Assembly (NCBI RefSeq): GCF_021869535.1
Contig: NW_026262581.1
Span: 47,182,001 to 47,246,000, forward strand
Direction: 5' to 3'
DNA from: Mytilus californianus
Lineage: Eukaryota
DNA length: 64,000 bases
Shown: positions 53,004 through 64,000 of the stretch, piece after piece
Numbering within the stretch: the stretch's first letter is position 1
Layout: each line of letters opens with the position of its first letter
Position numbers and translations under genes: made by a program
Notes under the pieces: model-generated
What the model was told of the DNA's origin: nothing
The model's input: the letters and a program-made list of their open reading frames with translations, nothing else
Database searches by the model: none

Positions 53004-53382
53004 ACAAAAAATATTTGCACCTTTGTTTGCGGTATACCATCTTCGCCGCAAGTTCATTGTTTTCTGTTTGGTATTAAATTTAAAGTTAAGATCCATTTAT
53101 TACACCTTGTGATCCGTTTATTTGGCAATCGCCAATGGCAGTCAGCAGGATTTAAGAACATTTGTCGTTCGACCTGTTAGTCAAATGCGTTTTGTTAAAA
53201 TATACTTTTTCACTTTTTTGATCTTTTGGAAAATGTTGTTTGTGCTGCATTTAGACCCCTCTAACAAGAAATTTGTTTTGCATGCACACGTATAAAAATT
53301 GCGGTTTTTATCCAACGCAATCATAGGTTTGAACGTTGTTTTCAATTTAGACTTGTATATAGATATATATATATATATATAT

Positions 53383-53870
53383 GAATAAGGAGATTTGGTA
53401 TGATTGCCAATGAGACAAATATCCACCAGAGTTCAAATGAAGTATAAGTGTAAGCAATTATAGGCAACCGTACTGCCTTCAATAATGAGAAAAACCCATA
53501 CCGGATAGTCAGCTATAAAAGGTCCCGACATGAAAAATGTGAAACCAACGGCCTACTTTAAAACAAAACAAGTTTACGAAAAACAAATATGACAGACATG
53601 AGCCATATACAACCACTGAACTACAGGCTCCTGATAGGTACATAAAGATTGTGGAGGAGTTAAATATGTTTGTGAGCGCTTAACCCCCTAACCTTGGACA
53701 GTAGTGTAACAGCACAACATAAGAACAAACTGTAAAAATCAGTTGCAATAGGCTTAACTCAAGCCATCAATACGAGGAACAAAAACAACTGACATAAAAA
53801 GAATAGCAACAAAGCACCGAAATTAGAGTACTGATTCGGCGATTTTAAAGTTAAAGGCCAATCATGTTTT
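53383..53870 (-). mobile_element. Naiad family A 3' region
   Basis: Collinear with 42905-43460. Confidence 0.8.
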
Positions 53871-55709
53871 GTAGCTTTATACGTTTACATGATTCATGTA
53901 TATATTATAACTGGTTTAACTAGGACGTCTGGTTCATGAAAAATAAGGTAAATGTTGGTACAGAGATAAGCACAGTTGGTTCCCATAGGAATGTCAACTG
54001 TCTGTTGAAAACCACGTCTATCAAACGTTAACAAATATGAAGCATTATGTCCATTTTACATACCTATTGTTTGAATCATAATTTTCTTAGTAATAAATTG
54101 TTCGTGACTACCACAAGAAATGTGTATCTACCTTGGTAATGTTATGACACAAAGATGGCCTTATTAGTTTTTAAGTCAAATGTTAAGAGCCATGGTTCAC
54201 TCTATACTCTTTACTGGGGAATACACGTTTTTTTAATTTATTCTCTCTTTATAAGTTTTCGACTTATGAGTTTGGATGTTCCTTTGGTATCTTTCGCCTT
54301 TCTTTTATCTTCTTTATTTTTTATTGGTAAACAATATCGTTGTTTCTAACAATGAAAAAACATCAAAACAATGTCTATATGCTAACCAATTTTTCTATCC
54401 CGTAACTTTGTCATATCAGAGGTGGAATGCAGAAGAATTTGTCAGTCTAGAATATGCCAATGTTTTTTACTTGTTTGTTTTGAAAATTTGTCTTCTTGGC
54501 ATTTAAGCCCAAATTTTTCTATACATGTAGTAATGTTATAACTTTTTTATGAAGACAGAATTAAAGGCTAAATTTTAATTGTTTTAATGAATGCCCCACT
54601 TCCATGAGATGCAAAATCTGCTGGCTCAAATGACACATTACATTTTGATGAAAGATTGAATTTAAAACAAAGATATAATGACTGGAGGCAAGCAAGCGAG
54701 TCTGATTTTATGATATGAATTCATTTCTATATAAAAAGTACAGAAATAGGTCGCCGAAAAGTAGTTTTTATCCAGAAATTTGCATTCGAAGTCTCAAAAT
54801 CAGCGACACGGAAAAGTGAGAGGACGGGTATTTGAGAAAACAGAGCAATGTGGACGTCTGCTTCTGCTTGCTGGCAATATATCATGGGTCGATACCATCC
54901 GTGTAATACATCATTTGGTGCTAACAGTTCTGAAACAAGGAAAATTTGATTCTTTTACATACCTTGATCGTTTTCCTTAGCTTCGTAACCGCCACTCTGC
55001 GTCAAACATAGCCAACATCTCACATGTGGCGTTCTATACGGTGCATGTCCTCTTTTCATGATTAATACGTACAACTCTTTATCACAAGCTAGTACATGCA
55101 AGTTACATAACATTTGAATCATGGAAGACATGTATGCATAACACGAGAATTCCATGGGAATACATTTAACGGACAATGTGTATTTCATAAATTGCCGTTG
55201 GCAGTTTTGAAATTATAATTTTCAATACAATGTACAGTCAAATAACACCTTTAAAAGTCTAAAAGAATAACAAAATTAATGTGTTATCGATACAATTTTA
55301 AAGGAAAAATATTACTGACCAACCTGATACCATCTTAAGATATGTATGTTGATGTCCTAACTTTACGACTAATTTTAGGATTTATCTTTACTTCGGACAA
55401 TCGATGCAATTTGGGGAAACTTTAAACTGTTTTCCGATGATTTTTTTATGTAAATTAGACATAAAAAAGTTTTTCCCTACATTGCATCGATTGTTAGTTG
55501 GACTTTACTTCTTTTAGTTGCTGTTACTTGACCGAGTACCAAAACATCATTTCACAGATATAATCTGGAGTCAGAAGTTGGCAATATAAAAATAGTCTGT
55601 TGGTAGAGTAGTTTCAACGCAATGAGTGAGGAAATTTAATGAAAAAAACAAAAGGCTACTTTGAATATATTTATTAAATTTTGTCTTTTACAACATTTGC
55701 AACCGAGCT

Positions 55710-56808
55710 TTACTTTAAACTGTCTGCAATTTTAACGACATGGATTTTACCGTAGTCCCCATTTTTGCCTCTACTACATCCAATTAATAAATATCCTTGA
55801 GCGTCAAAGCATAAACTACATGGACCAGTCATGCCCAAGTCTTTGGAAATGAACTGCAATCCAAGTAAATCTCCTTTCGAATTCATAACATGTAGTATAG
55901 CGTTAACTGGATCTGCAACTACAATGTTATCACTTGGCGTAATAGTAATTCCCTTTGGTTTAAATGTTCCTAAATTCTTTTGTCCGTCGTATGTAAACTT
56001 CAAACGGCCATTTCTATCAACAGCTACTATTCTACCGCTGTGGTCACTGTCAAATTGATCAACAACATACAGAATATTTCTAGAATCAGTACGAATTCTA
56101 GATACATAACTGAACAGTTTATTCCCCTTTTTGTCAAATTCTAATGTAACTTTCGGTTGATAATCACTACCGAGAATTATAACTTGTCTGATTGAAAAAT
56201 CCTGGACTGGAAAAGGTGGTCCTTGTTCTCGTAATCCAAATAATACTTCGTTGTCTTTGTCTACATGTATGGCCAAAGGTCGCATTGGAGAAATGTCTAA
56301 CACAGTCTTGATTTCACCCGTAGGGGGTAAAAGTTGAATCTTGTTGACATCATGTTCATAGAAAAGAATTTCGCCATCTTTTTTTATTGCAATGTCAAAT
56401 ATTTTTCTTTTATACGTCTGCAATATCTTTATTGATGATTGTAAAAGTTTCCCTTTCACGAATCTATCCTTCGATGATAAAACAAAATAGATAAAGTAAA
56501 GTAAATCGTCATCCGAGCAAAGTAAAGTATGAACAGCTGGCAGAGTAGTTGTTTATGAATTGAAAACTGATGAAATAACTGCTGACGTTACCTCGTTGGA
56601 ACCTCGTGATGACTTGCTGTTTCGGAATAGAAACAACTTCATGATCTTGTGCAGATGTAAGTCCTTGGTGAACAGTAACTTTACAGGTGTTACACATGCG
56701 AATATTACAATCTCCACATTTCCATTTAATTGCTTTTCCCTTGCAGAAAAAGCATGAAACTGGCACTTGTGCTTTTCTAATGCTTGAGGATTTCATCGAT
56801 TTCGCCAT
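55710..56808 (-). pseudogene. B-box + NHL-like beta-propeller gene, copy 4 (least damaged)
   Basis: ATG at 56808 (MAKSMKSSSIRKAQVPVSCFFCKGKAIKWKCGDCNIRMCNTCKVTVH). A 2-nt deletion near 56620 and an in-frame TAA at 56553-55; the propeller frame is then open to the natural stop at 55710. Confidence 0.93.
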
Positions 56809-57372
56809 TACTACAAGTGAAAAAACAAAGTGGTCACGTGGTTCACCTTTTGTACGTTGGTTCTCGATAAATTGTGTCAAATGTTAGTACTTGAGTAACT
56901 TGTAATAGAATTTCCTTTCACGGCGTAAAGATATATTTATAGATATACACAAGTGTGGACACAGATTTGTGTTGTCTGATGGGCGAATTTTGATAATGAC
57001 TTGCGCATAGCTGGATTCTGGTGGAACCAGCAGGCACTTTTACCACTGCAAATTCTAAAACTCTGTAGTGTTGTCTGGTGGGCGAATGTGAACACTGTTT
57101 TACGTAAAGGATATAAGCCGATAACAGTCCTTTCTGTAAAATATTGGAGAGGTCTGATGCAGCAGACCGAAGACCTGTTCAATATTTTATAGAAGGAACT
57201 GTTAGAGGCTTATATCTTACTTAAAACATTGTTTAACCACTCAAAGAACGTGAAAAAGCAAACAAACACAAACTTTTGTTAATATTTATTTCCATCAAGT
57301 GTGTAAATTGTTTTGGATTAACTTTATTAATTTATCTAAAATGTTTGCCCCTTTAAGCAGTAGCAATTAAAC

Positions 57373-58053
57373 AGTCAGGGGTATTTCATAAAAAGGTAAC
57401 TTTTAAAATTACCTATACAAGCTATGTTTAAAACGAGGCTTTTTTTAATATAACTTTTATAAGAAACTTTTGTAAATATTATTTTTATAGGTTTCCATTC
57501 ATACAGATTTTACTAGCTTTAACAAATTTTCACAGACACCGGTTATTTTCCCCATGAAATACAAAAACTAATCCTCCTGAAACACTAATTGCCTTTCTGG
57601 CGCAATTAACTTTCATATCGACGCTTCTTGGTCAAATATTGGTCTCTTGGGACTATTAAAATATCATTTTCCTTCAAAATCTTGAGGTAGACAGATATAA
57701 ATAGATAGAAACTTGTGATTTAAGTAAGACTTGAAGTAACTTATAATTTGTAACCCAAAACAAAAACAGATGTTGCTTAAATAATTATAATTACCAATTC
57801 TTTCAAAGATGTATTAATTACTTAAACAAGTAATATTTTTGTCATTATTTTTAAAGTAACCTTGTATCTCTAACTCCTTTCAAATTTAATAAATTCTTAA
57901 TTTTATGCGATGAAATGATTTAAAATTACATTTAGTCAATGCTTCTTTTGAAATTCAAAATAACTCTTTTGAGTAATTTAATCATTTTTTAAAAACAAAA
58001 ATTACCCATATAAGTAACTAAAAAAATAACTTGTATAAATAACGCCCCTGACT
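57373..58053. mobile_element. MITE with terminal inverted repeats
   Basis: AGTCAGGGGTATTT ... AAATAACGCCCCTGACT, flanked by TAAAC on both sides. Confidence 0.65.
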
Positions 58054-58219
58054 TAAACATGTTAAACAATAGAAAAAAATAAAGAACGGATGAAGGTAAA
58101 ATACATGTAAAGCTACATGTAAATGAAGACACAGTGCATCTGTATCATGCTTTTTGTTTCCGCTAGGACTATATTATATATATTCCGTGCATACCTTTAC
58201 ATGCATTTGGTTTCTCAAA

Positions 58220-58397
58220 ATGGATAAAGACGATGAAAGTAAATTCTTAATGCAAAATTCTTTCCGACAAGAAGATAGCGATGTCGAATATAGTTATTGT
58301 GTTAATTCAAACTTTGGATTAAAATCAAATCTGTGTTCAGATATATTCGATTTCAGTAGGGACAACGAGGAGAATTTAGTTATATCAGCTAATAATG
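58220..58397 (+). CDS. Possible first coding exon of an unidentified gene
   Basis: MDKDDESKFLMQNSFRQEDSDVEYSYC...: acidic, protein-like composition, ending at a possible GC donor (G|GCAAGT). No homology recognised. Confidence 0.25.
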
Positions 58398-59410
58398 GCA
58401 AGTTTCATATATAATATTTTAGAATGTAGTCATCTCCTTTTATTTCCTTATTCCGTCTTGGGTTTATTTTCTTTTTAAGCGAATGAGAAAAAAAGTCCCT
58501 CGATTTCCCTTTGCAAATTATAATGCTTTTTTTTTCTCTTTCAAAACGAAGCATTGTTAGTGTACATATCATTGTCTCTGTGCTTAATGTATAATTATTG
58601 TATTCAATCAATTTTACTTTTGAGATCTTAACTAAAGTGAAGTGTTTGAAGCTGTTCATAAATACATTGGAAAGAAACAAATTTAGTTCGTATTTTAACG
58701 TTATATATAGGAAAAATACCGTTATTAAAAACTCATGAAAACTATAAAAAACTGTTGTGGCCCAAAATTCATGAAGCAATTTATCGATTTGCACTTTGTA
58801 CACAGGGTGAGGTTTTTAGGTTGTTAATCAAATTAATTGTCCAAGGAGTGTCCAACCAATCAATGGCTTGCACATAAACACTTAGTAAAACATCTGCTTC
58901 TGTACTTCAGATGAACAAATTTCTCTTAATTTTGATAATAAAATCATTTTACTTGTTGTCCTCTTATTGCGGCATGATCTATTAAGCGGTAGAAGCATTA
59001 TTTGTTTTTTTCATTTTCATTGAAGCTTAAATGATAATAGGAAGAATGAGAGCTACATAGAAGACGATTGTTATATCCAAAGACGAACAAGGATACCAAA
59101 AATCATGTCAAAAAAGACATACCCAAAAGGACCAAAAACAAAACTTACAACGAACATTGTCAACCAAATTGGTGTTAAAGGAGACAACCCAAAACATGAG
59201 AAAATTGGTTGTGAAATAAGCATTGACGCTGGCAGTGTTAAATTCGATTTGAAAGTTTTTCCAAGAAACCGTCTTGATGAGTGACGAAATTATTGTATTG
59301 GAAGTTAACTCAATAAAATTTGTTTTTGTGTAATTATCATTTGTTCTTTCGTTGTAAATAGCTTTGAAAATGAAGAAACAAATTGTGTGAATTAATAGAT
59401 TTTTCTTTCC

Positions 59411-59550
59411 TTGGACTAACATTTACTTGTAAGAATCAATTATGCTACCTTCAGCTGTCCAATATTTTTAAGAAAAAGGAGGGTTATTCTTTTAAATATT
59501 GGACAGTTAAAGGTAACATAATGGTTTCTTACAGGTAAATGATAGTCCAA
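59411..59550. repeat. 140-bp fold-back (arms about 64 bp), MITE-like
   Basis: TTGGACTAACATTTACTTGTAAGAA...CTGTCCAATATTT pairs with AAATATTGGACAG...TTCTTACAGGTAAATGATAGTCCAA. Confidence 0.85.
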
Positions 59551-60779
59551 TCACTAAAATAAAGAACGGGTACAACAACAGAATGACGTCACAACAATTT
59601 TTAACTTGGAAAAGTAATAGATACTTCAGGAACTCATAAAACATTATCAATGAAGGACAACTCTCCCGTGAACCACTTGAATATTACCATGACTGACGTG
59701 GTTCTGCAAGTGTGTTGCATATTTGATATTTTCATTCCTAGACTCCCAAGACCAAACTGTACTGGGCGGACCAGCGAGTTTAACCAAGATGACTGGGTTT
59801 ATGTAAAGATAAAACAATCAGGAGCTGACTTTTATTTCACTACCAATCCAAATGGTGAAAAACTGAAAATACAAATATAAATACAATTTTACAATGTGTT
59901 CAATGATAATTAAAGTCCATTAAAAATACGGATAAACAGTTCATAGATTTATAAAGCTGTTAATGTTCTTTATAATAATAAATAGATGAATATTCTTGCA
60001 CACGTCGGGTTCTGTCTGAATTAAATTGTGTAATCGCAGATACGAACAGTTTGAACGGTTAAATGTTCATAGTTCCTTTATAACATAGGAAAATATATTA
60101 AAACAGTTCATCGCTGATGTAAAGACATAATTTGTAATGTTTTAAAGGTAACTCACGCTGTGGTTAGCCACGAATTGTTCCTTTGGACAACGTGCCCGTT
60201 GAATGTTCCCTGCAGTTGTGCACACGACCTGCTGAGCAGTTTTCGTCACTCAGAAGAAAGGGGAACGTAACACGGGTTCCTACACTGTCCTGTATAAAAC
60301 TCCTAAAACTGGAGCACATAATGTGATGTAAGCAATGAAACATAAACAATATAAAATGATGATCACATGAAGAACAAATGATGAATGAGTTCCAGAACAC
60401 AAACTGAAATTTAACGGATTGAAATAAAAAAAAAAGATCGATAATTGAAAATATGAATTTAATGCAAGAGTGTCAATACTTCAGATTATCATAGAAATTT
60501 TTTAATAATGATACTGAAAATGCAAAGAATAACTTTAACGTATCTTTGGCCTTGTGAGTTTCACTCAATATACACTGTTTAAAATGCCATCATTCGCAAT
60601 GGACCTCAATTGAAAGCTTTGTATTTGGTATTTGATTTCATCATGTCTGGACTCCTAAGGTTAAGCGTTAATTTTAGATATACACATGTCTAACGATACT
60701 GATAAAAGATTTACGAAAAATATGAAATTTTACTATTTGTAGTTCGTATATTCACAATATAATATCTGTACAGATTAAA

Positions 60780-61640
60780 GGTAATATAGTTTAAATCAAT
60801 ACTGGTTTTATAACTTATAGAAGTTTCAAAATATCTAAACATGAAACTAGCAATTTTAGAGCCTCATAGAATGAAAATGTAGAACTAATGCACATGTTGA
60901 AACATAATTTTTGATTATTATAAACTAACATATTCCTTTGAAAAAAAGAAACCAGTACCATTCTTCACCCCTATTATGAACAAAACCTGACGTAAAGAAA
61001 TCTACAAGAACAGTATGTTACATATTTTTTTTCTAAAAATAATAGACCAAAAACAAACTCGGACAATACTGGATTAAAAGAAACTATGTCACAAAAATGA
61101 ATTTAAAATATTTTCAAAATTATTTTTCTGAAAGATGTATTGAAAGACCAAACATTTTGATTTTTTGCCAACTATCAATCCATTTTTGTCGAATAAAAGT
61201 GGGAAATCTAACTATATGATAATTATTATTTTATAACACTGTGTGAAGATGGATAGATAGTAAATGTTCCATCCAAGGTATGATATTTATTAACACATAT
61301 AGCCAAAAAGATTGGCAGTGATGCAGTTGTAGTGAATGAACAATATCCAAGTATATGTATGATAAATAAAAAGAAGTTATAAACGGAAGATCTCATTTTC
61401 AAACATGCCAGTGAAGAATTTGTTGTCACCATTTAGAGCTGGTTTTGGATGTCAAACTGGATAACTGAAAATAATAGTGAAGACTGGAAAAAGAAATTGG
61501 ATGAAAATAAATGTGTAGTTTTAATTTTATAATTTACTTTTATCGAAAGTATAAACTTATGGTCTGTCACAACAATGTATTTCTTCATTAACAAAATCCT
61601 TATCATGCAGAAAACAGTGTGTCAAAGTTGTATATTTGAA
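60780..61640 (+). mobile_element. Decayed LINE ORF2/RT relic
   Basis: FRAGFGCQT at about 61432-61467 followed by EDWKKKLDENKCV, the RT motifs that precede DLSKAFD in CR1/jockey-group LINEs. Confidence 0.6.
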
Positions 61641-61654
61641 GTTATGTATAAAGC

Positions 61655-61985
61655 AGTGCAACAATGATCAATATTAGGCCGTGTACTTTAACCAAAGAGC
61701 AGAAAACAGCCCAAGGCCACCAATGGGTCTTCAACAAAGCGAGAAAATCCCACATCCGGAAGCAAGCTTTAGATGACACCTAAACAAAAATGTGTACTAG
61801 TTCAGTGAAAATGGACGTCATACTAAACTCCGAAACATATAACTGAACTAAAATTAAAAAAACATACAAGACTAACAAATGCCAGATTCTCCTGACTTGG
61901 ATGGGACAGGCGCAAAAATGCGGCAGGGTTAAACATCTTTTGTGAGATCTCAACCGCTCCCCCCCACCATACCTCTAGCCAATGT
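61655..61985 (-). mobile_element. Naiad family B 3' terminus
   Basis: Reverse complement of 12481-12800 and 21737-22050, more diverged. Confidence 0.85.
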
Positions 61986-62134
61986 CCTTTTTCATGACCT
62001 CCAGGAAATTTGGTAACAAACAGTGTTTAAGAATTCAGGGCATGGCCAGTTTTACAAAGTACATCAAAAGTGTCGACCTGTTAAATCCAGATTGAGCAAA
62101 ATTTTAAATTTCTATTTAGTTCAGTAGTTATCAT

Positions 62135-62522
62135 TTTAAAACAATTTAAGCATAATAATCTCCAAACAATCCGAGAGACCTTTAAGCAATTGTTCGACCT
62201 AATTTTTGTTCAAATCATCATGAGTAAATGAAGGGTTTTTAATGACCTAAAACTTTCTGAAAAATGTTTTTTGATGTAATTTTGAGAATTTGTACGTTGT
62301 TTTATGGCTTTCCAAAACAAAGATAAAGCGCGATAAGACTACAAAGTTTACATGGAAGTAGGAAAACGGAACATTTACTAATACAAATAACGCGGCAGAA
62401 ATTTCTAGGAAGTCTATGGTTATTGTGCAAATGAAATTTGGCTCCGAGTTGGTTAATGTTTGCCCGTAATCTACATATCTAAATTCTCATATTGCTGTTA
62501 TAGTTATTGTCAGGTAGCGAAT
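62135..62522 (+). pseudogene. Third TLR copy: eroded remnant of last LRR, LRR-CT and TM, not in the ORF track
   Basis: CATAATAATCTCCAAAC, TTCCAAAACAAAGATAAA, GGAAAACGGAACATTTACTAATAC and GCAAATGAAATTTGGCTCCGAGTTGGT align in order with 26511-26930. Confidence 0.85.
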
Positions 62523-62839
62523 TAGTCCAGCCAATCTTCGCAGAAAAAATTTAAACATCAATAAAAAAAATTGCAACAGAAACTAATTGAGTGTTATTGT
62601 GACCAGGATGTCGTCATATTTTATAAACTTAAAGATTGAATAGGTGGAAATTGACGATTTTGATTTAAAATTAAAGATTTTTAATTTTAAAAAAATCAAT
62701 GAAAACGTAAATTTCAATATTTCAGTCATTAATGGAGAACATCTTTAATTACAATTTAACTCTTTCTGAAACAGCAAAAACATATTTGGTGTAAGGAATA
62801 AAGCAAATTTTAAATTTCATGACCAGTTATTCGTATTTT

Positions 62840-63357
62840 GAGGGGAAACTAAGATTTGTATCATCAAATCTCCGAAAACAGTGAACTGGAACATTTGTCA
62901 AATGTAACTTGACTTGAAACATGACTGTATAAGGAAGTTGATAAATTTTGATGACAAGAAACAAGTAAAATTTGACAAACACTGAGTCTTTTATCATCAG
63001 ATCTCAGGGAACAAGAAACCGGGAATTTTGTCAAATGTAACTCTATTTAAACATCACAAATATAAAAATGTGATTGTATAAGGAAATTGACAAAATCTCG
63101 TAACTAGGAATAAGTATTTTAGGAAAAAACAAGAAGATTTTTATCACAAATCGCCGAAAAGAGGAAACCGGAAACTTTGTTATATGTGATTTGAATTAAC
63201 TTTGGTTTTTTGTTTAATATTAATCAAAATATGTACTGAATAAGGAGATTTTTATCACAAATCGCCGAAAAGAGGAAACCGGAAACTTTGTTAAATGTGA
63301 TTCGAATTAACTTTGATTTTTTGTTTAATATTAATCAAAATATGTACTGAATAAGTT
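62840..63357 (+). repeat. Degenerate tandem array (110-150 bp units), last two units near-identical
   Basis: 63136-63244 is repeated at 63246-63355; older units lie near 62850 and 62990. Confidence 0.8.
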
Positions 63358-64000
63358 GATATATTGAAAATCTCTCATGACAAATATATTTATGATACTC
63401 CGTCCAAAACCTCCAATCCTAAAATAAAACACCTAAAACTAAATTGTATCTATATAAATAAAAAGTAGTACTACAGATAGGTATGATTAAGTCCTTTTTA
63501 ATTTATATATCATTTAAAATTAATTAAAAATTAATTAAACATGGCCATAAATAGCTGGTATTTATACATTTAATTATTTAAAATTACTAGTTTTTATGTA
63601 AAATTTATAATCTGTTCTTCAGTTGACTATGAAACACGAGCTTTTTCAGAAGTCGTGAATACTACCGATGTCCATACTCAAGCAACATTGATTTTTATTA
63701 AATTTCATTTGTTTCTTTAGACGTCGGTACAGAACATAATTCTCCTCCAACTTGAGATCATGCTTTCGAAATATCAATTTAAAGATGATATCTTGGCCAT
63801 ATTATAACAGGATACATTAACACCCTTTTATACTTTTTCTGGAAGAAAGGATCAAGATATCGGCCACCATTGATAATAAAGTGAAATATACATGTTTTTT
63901 ATCCAAGTGCAACACATGGTACAATTGGAGAAATCCGATATAAAATCGATTGTTTTTAAATAATAAACGTATGAATATTGCAGATATTCGCAAATGACAT

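Larger units (their letters stand above)
52171..53356 (+). repeat. 540-bp tandem array (2.2 units) carrying hammerhead ribozymes; retrozyme or PLE pseudo-LTR-like
   Basis: Units start at 52171, 52711 and 53251 (TTAGACCCCTCTAACAAG); both ends abut (TA)n runs. The duplicated 76-aa ORFs are incidental. Confidence 0.95.

Noticed and set aside
52410-53180. Duplicated 76-aa ORFs (MIPNITEETLIVEIRIW...) as a small protein family
   Set aside because: They start at TTG, overlap the ribozyme, and are a by-product of the 540-bp repeat; the copy at 11989 lacks the start.
54700-55190. Two-exon minus-strand gene joined across GTATGT...TTTCAG
   Set aside because: The implied intron is only about 33 nt and the joined peptide has no recognisable motif.
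727-63960. Remaining 60-130 aa ORFs in the track
   Set aside because: Low-complexity, F/I/L/Y/K-rich translations of AT-rich or repeat DNA, often with non-ATG starts and no recognisable domains.

Overview
AT-rich eukaryotic genomic DNA, most likely a bivalve mollusc of the mussel (Mytilus) type. The taxon is inferred from the gene and repeat families, not from a database match. No prokaryotic features, rRNA, tRNA or CRISPR arrays were seen. The window is an innate-immunity paralog cluster in decay. It holds three intronless single-cysteine-cluster Toll-like receptor copies on the + strand: one heavily pseudogenised (7.0-9.5 kb), one intact except for a single CAA>TAA codon (24.9-27.4 kb), and one eroded remnant absent from the ORF track (62.1-62.5 kb). 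Interleaved on the - strand are four copies of a B-box + NHL-like beta-propeller (TRIM-like, no RING or coiled coil) gene, all disrupted. Intergenic DNA is dominated by 5'-truncated Penelope-like retroelements of the Naiad type, CR1-type LINE relics, Helentron/HINE-like elements and MITEs. The most notable hidden signals are in RNA structure. One Naiad carries a canonical type-2 SECIS hairpin just after its stop codon and an in-frame UGA at a position where Cys is expected, suggesting a selenocysteine-encoding retroelement. A 540-bp tandem array carries minimal type-I hammerhead ribozymes (retrozyme-like), and related ribozyme pieces occur elsewhere in the window.
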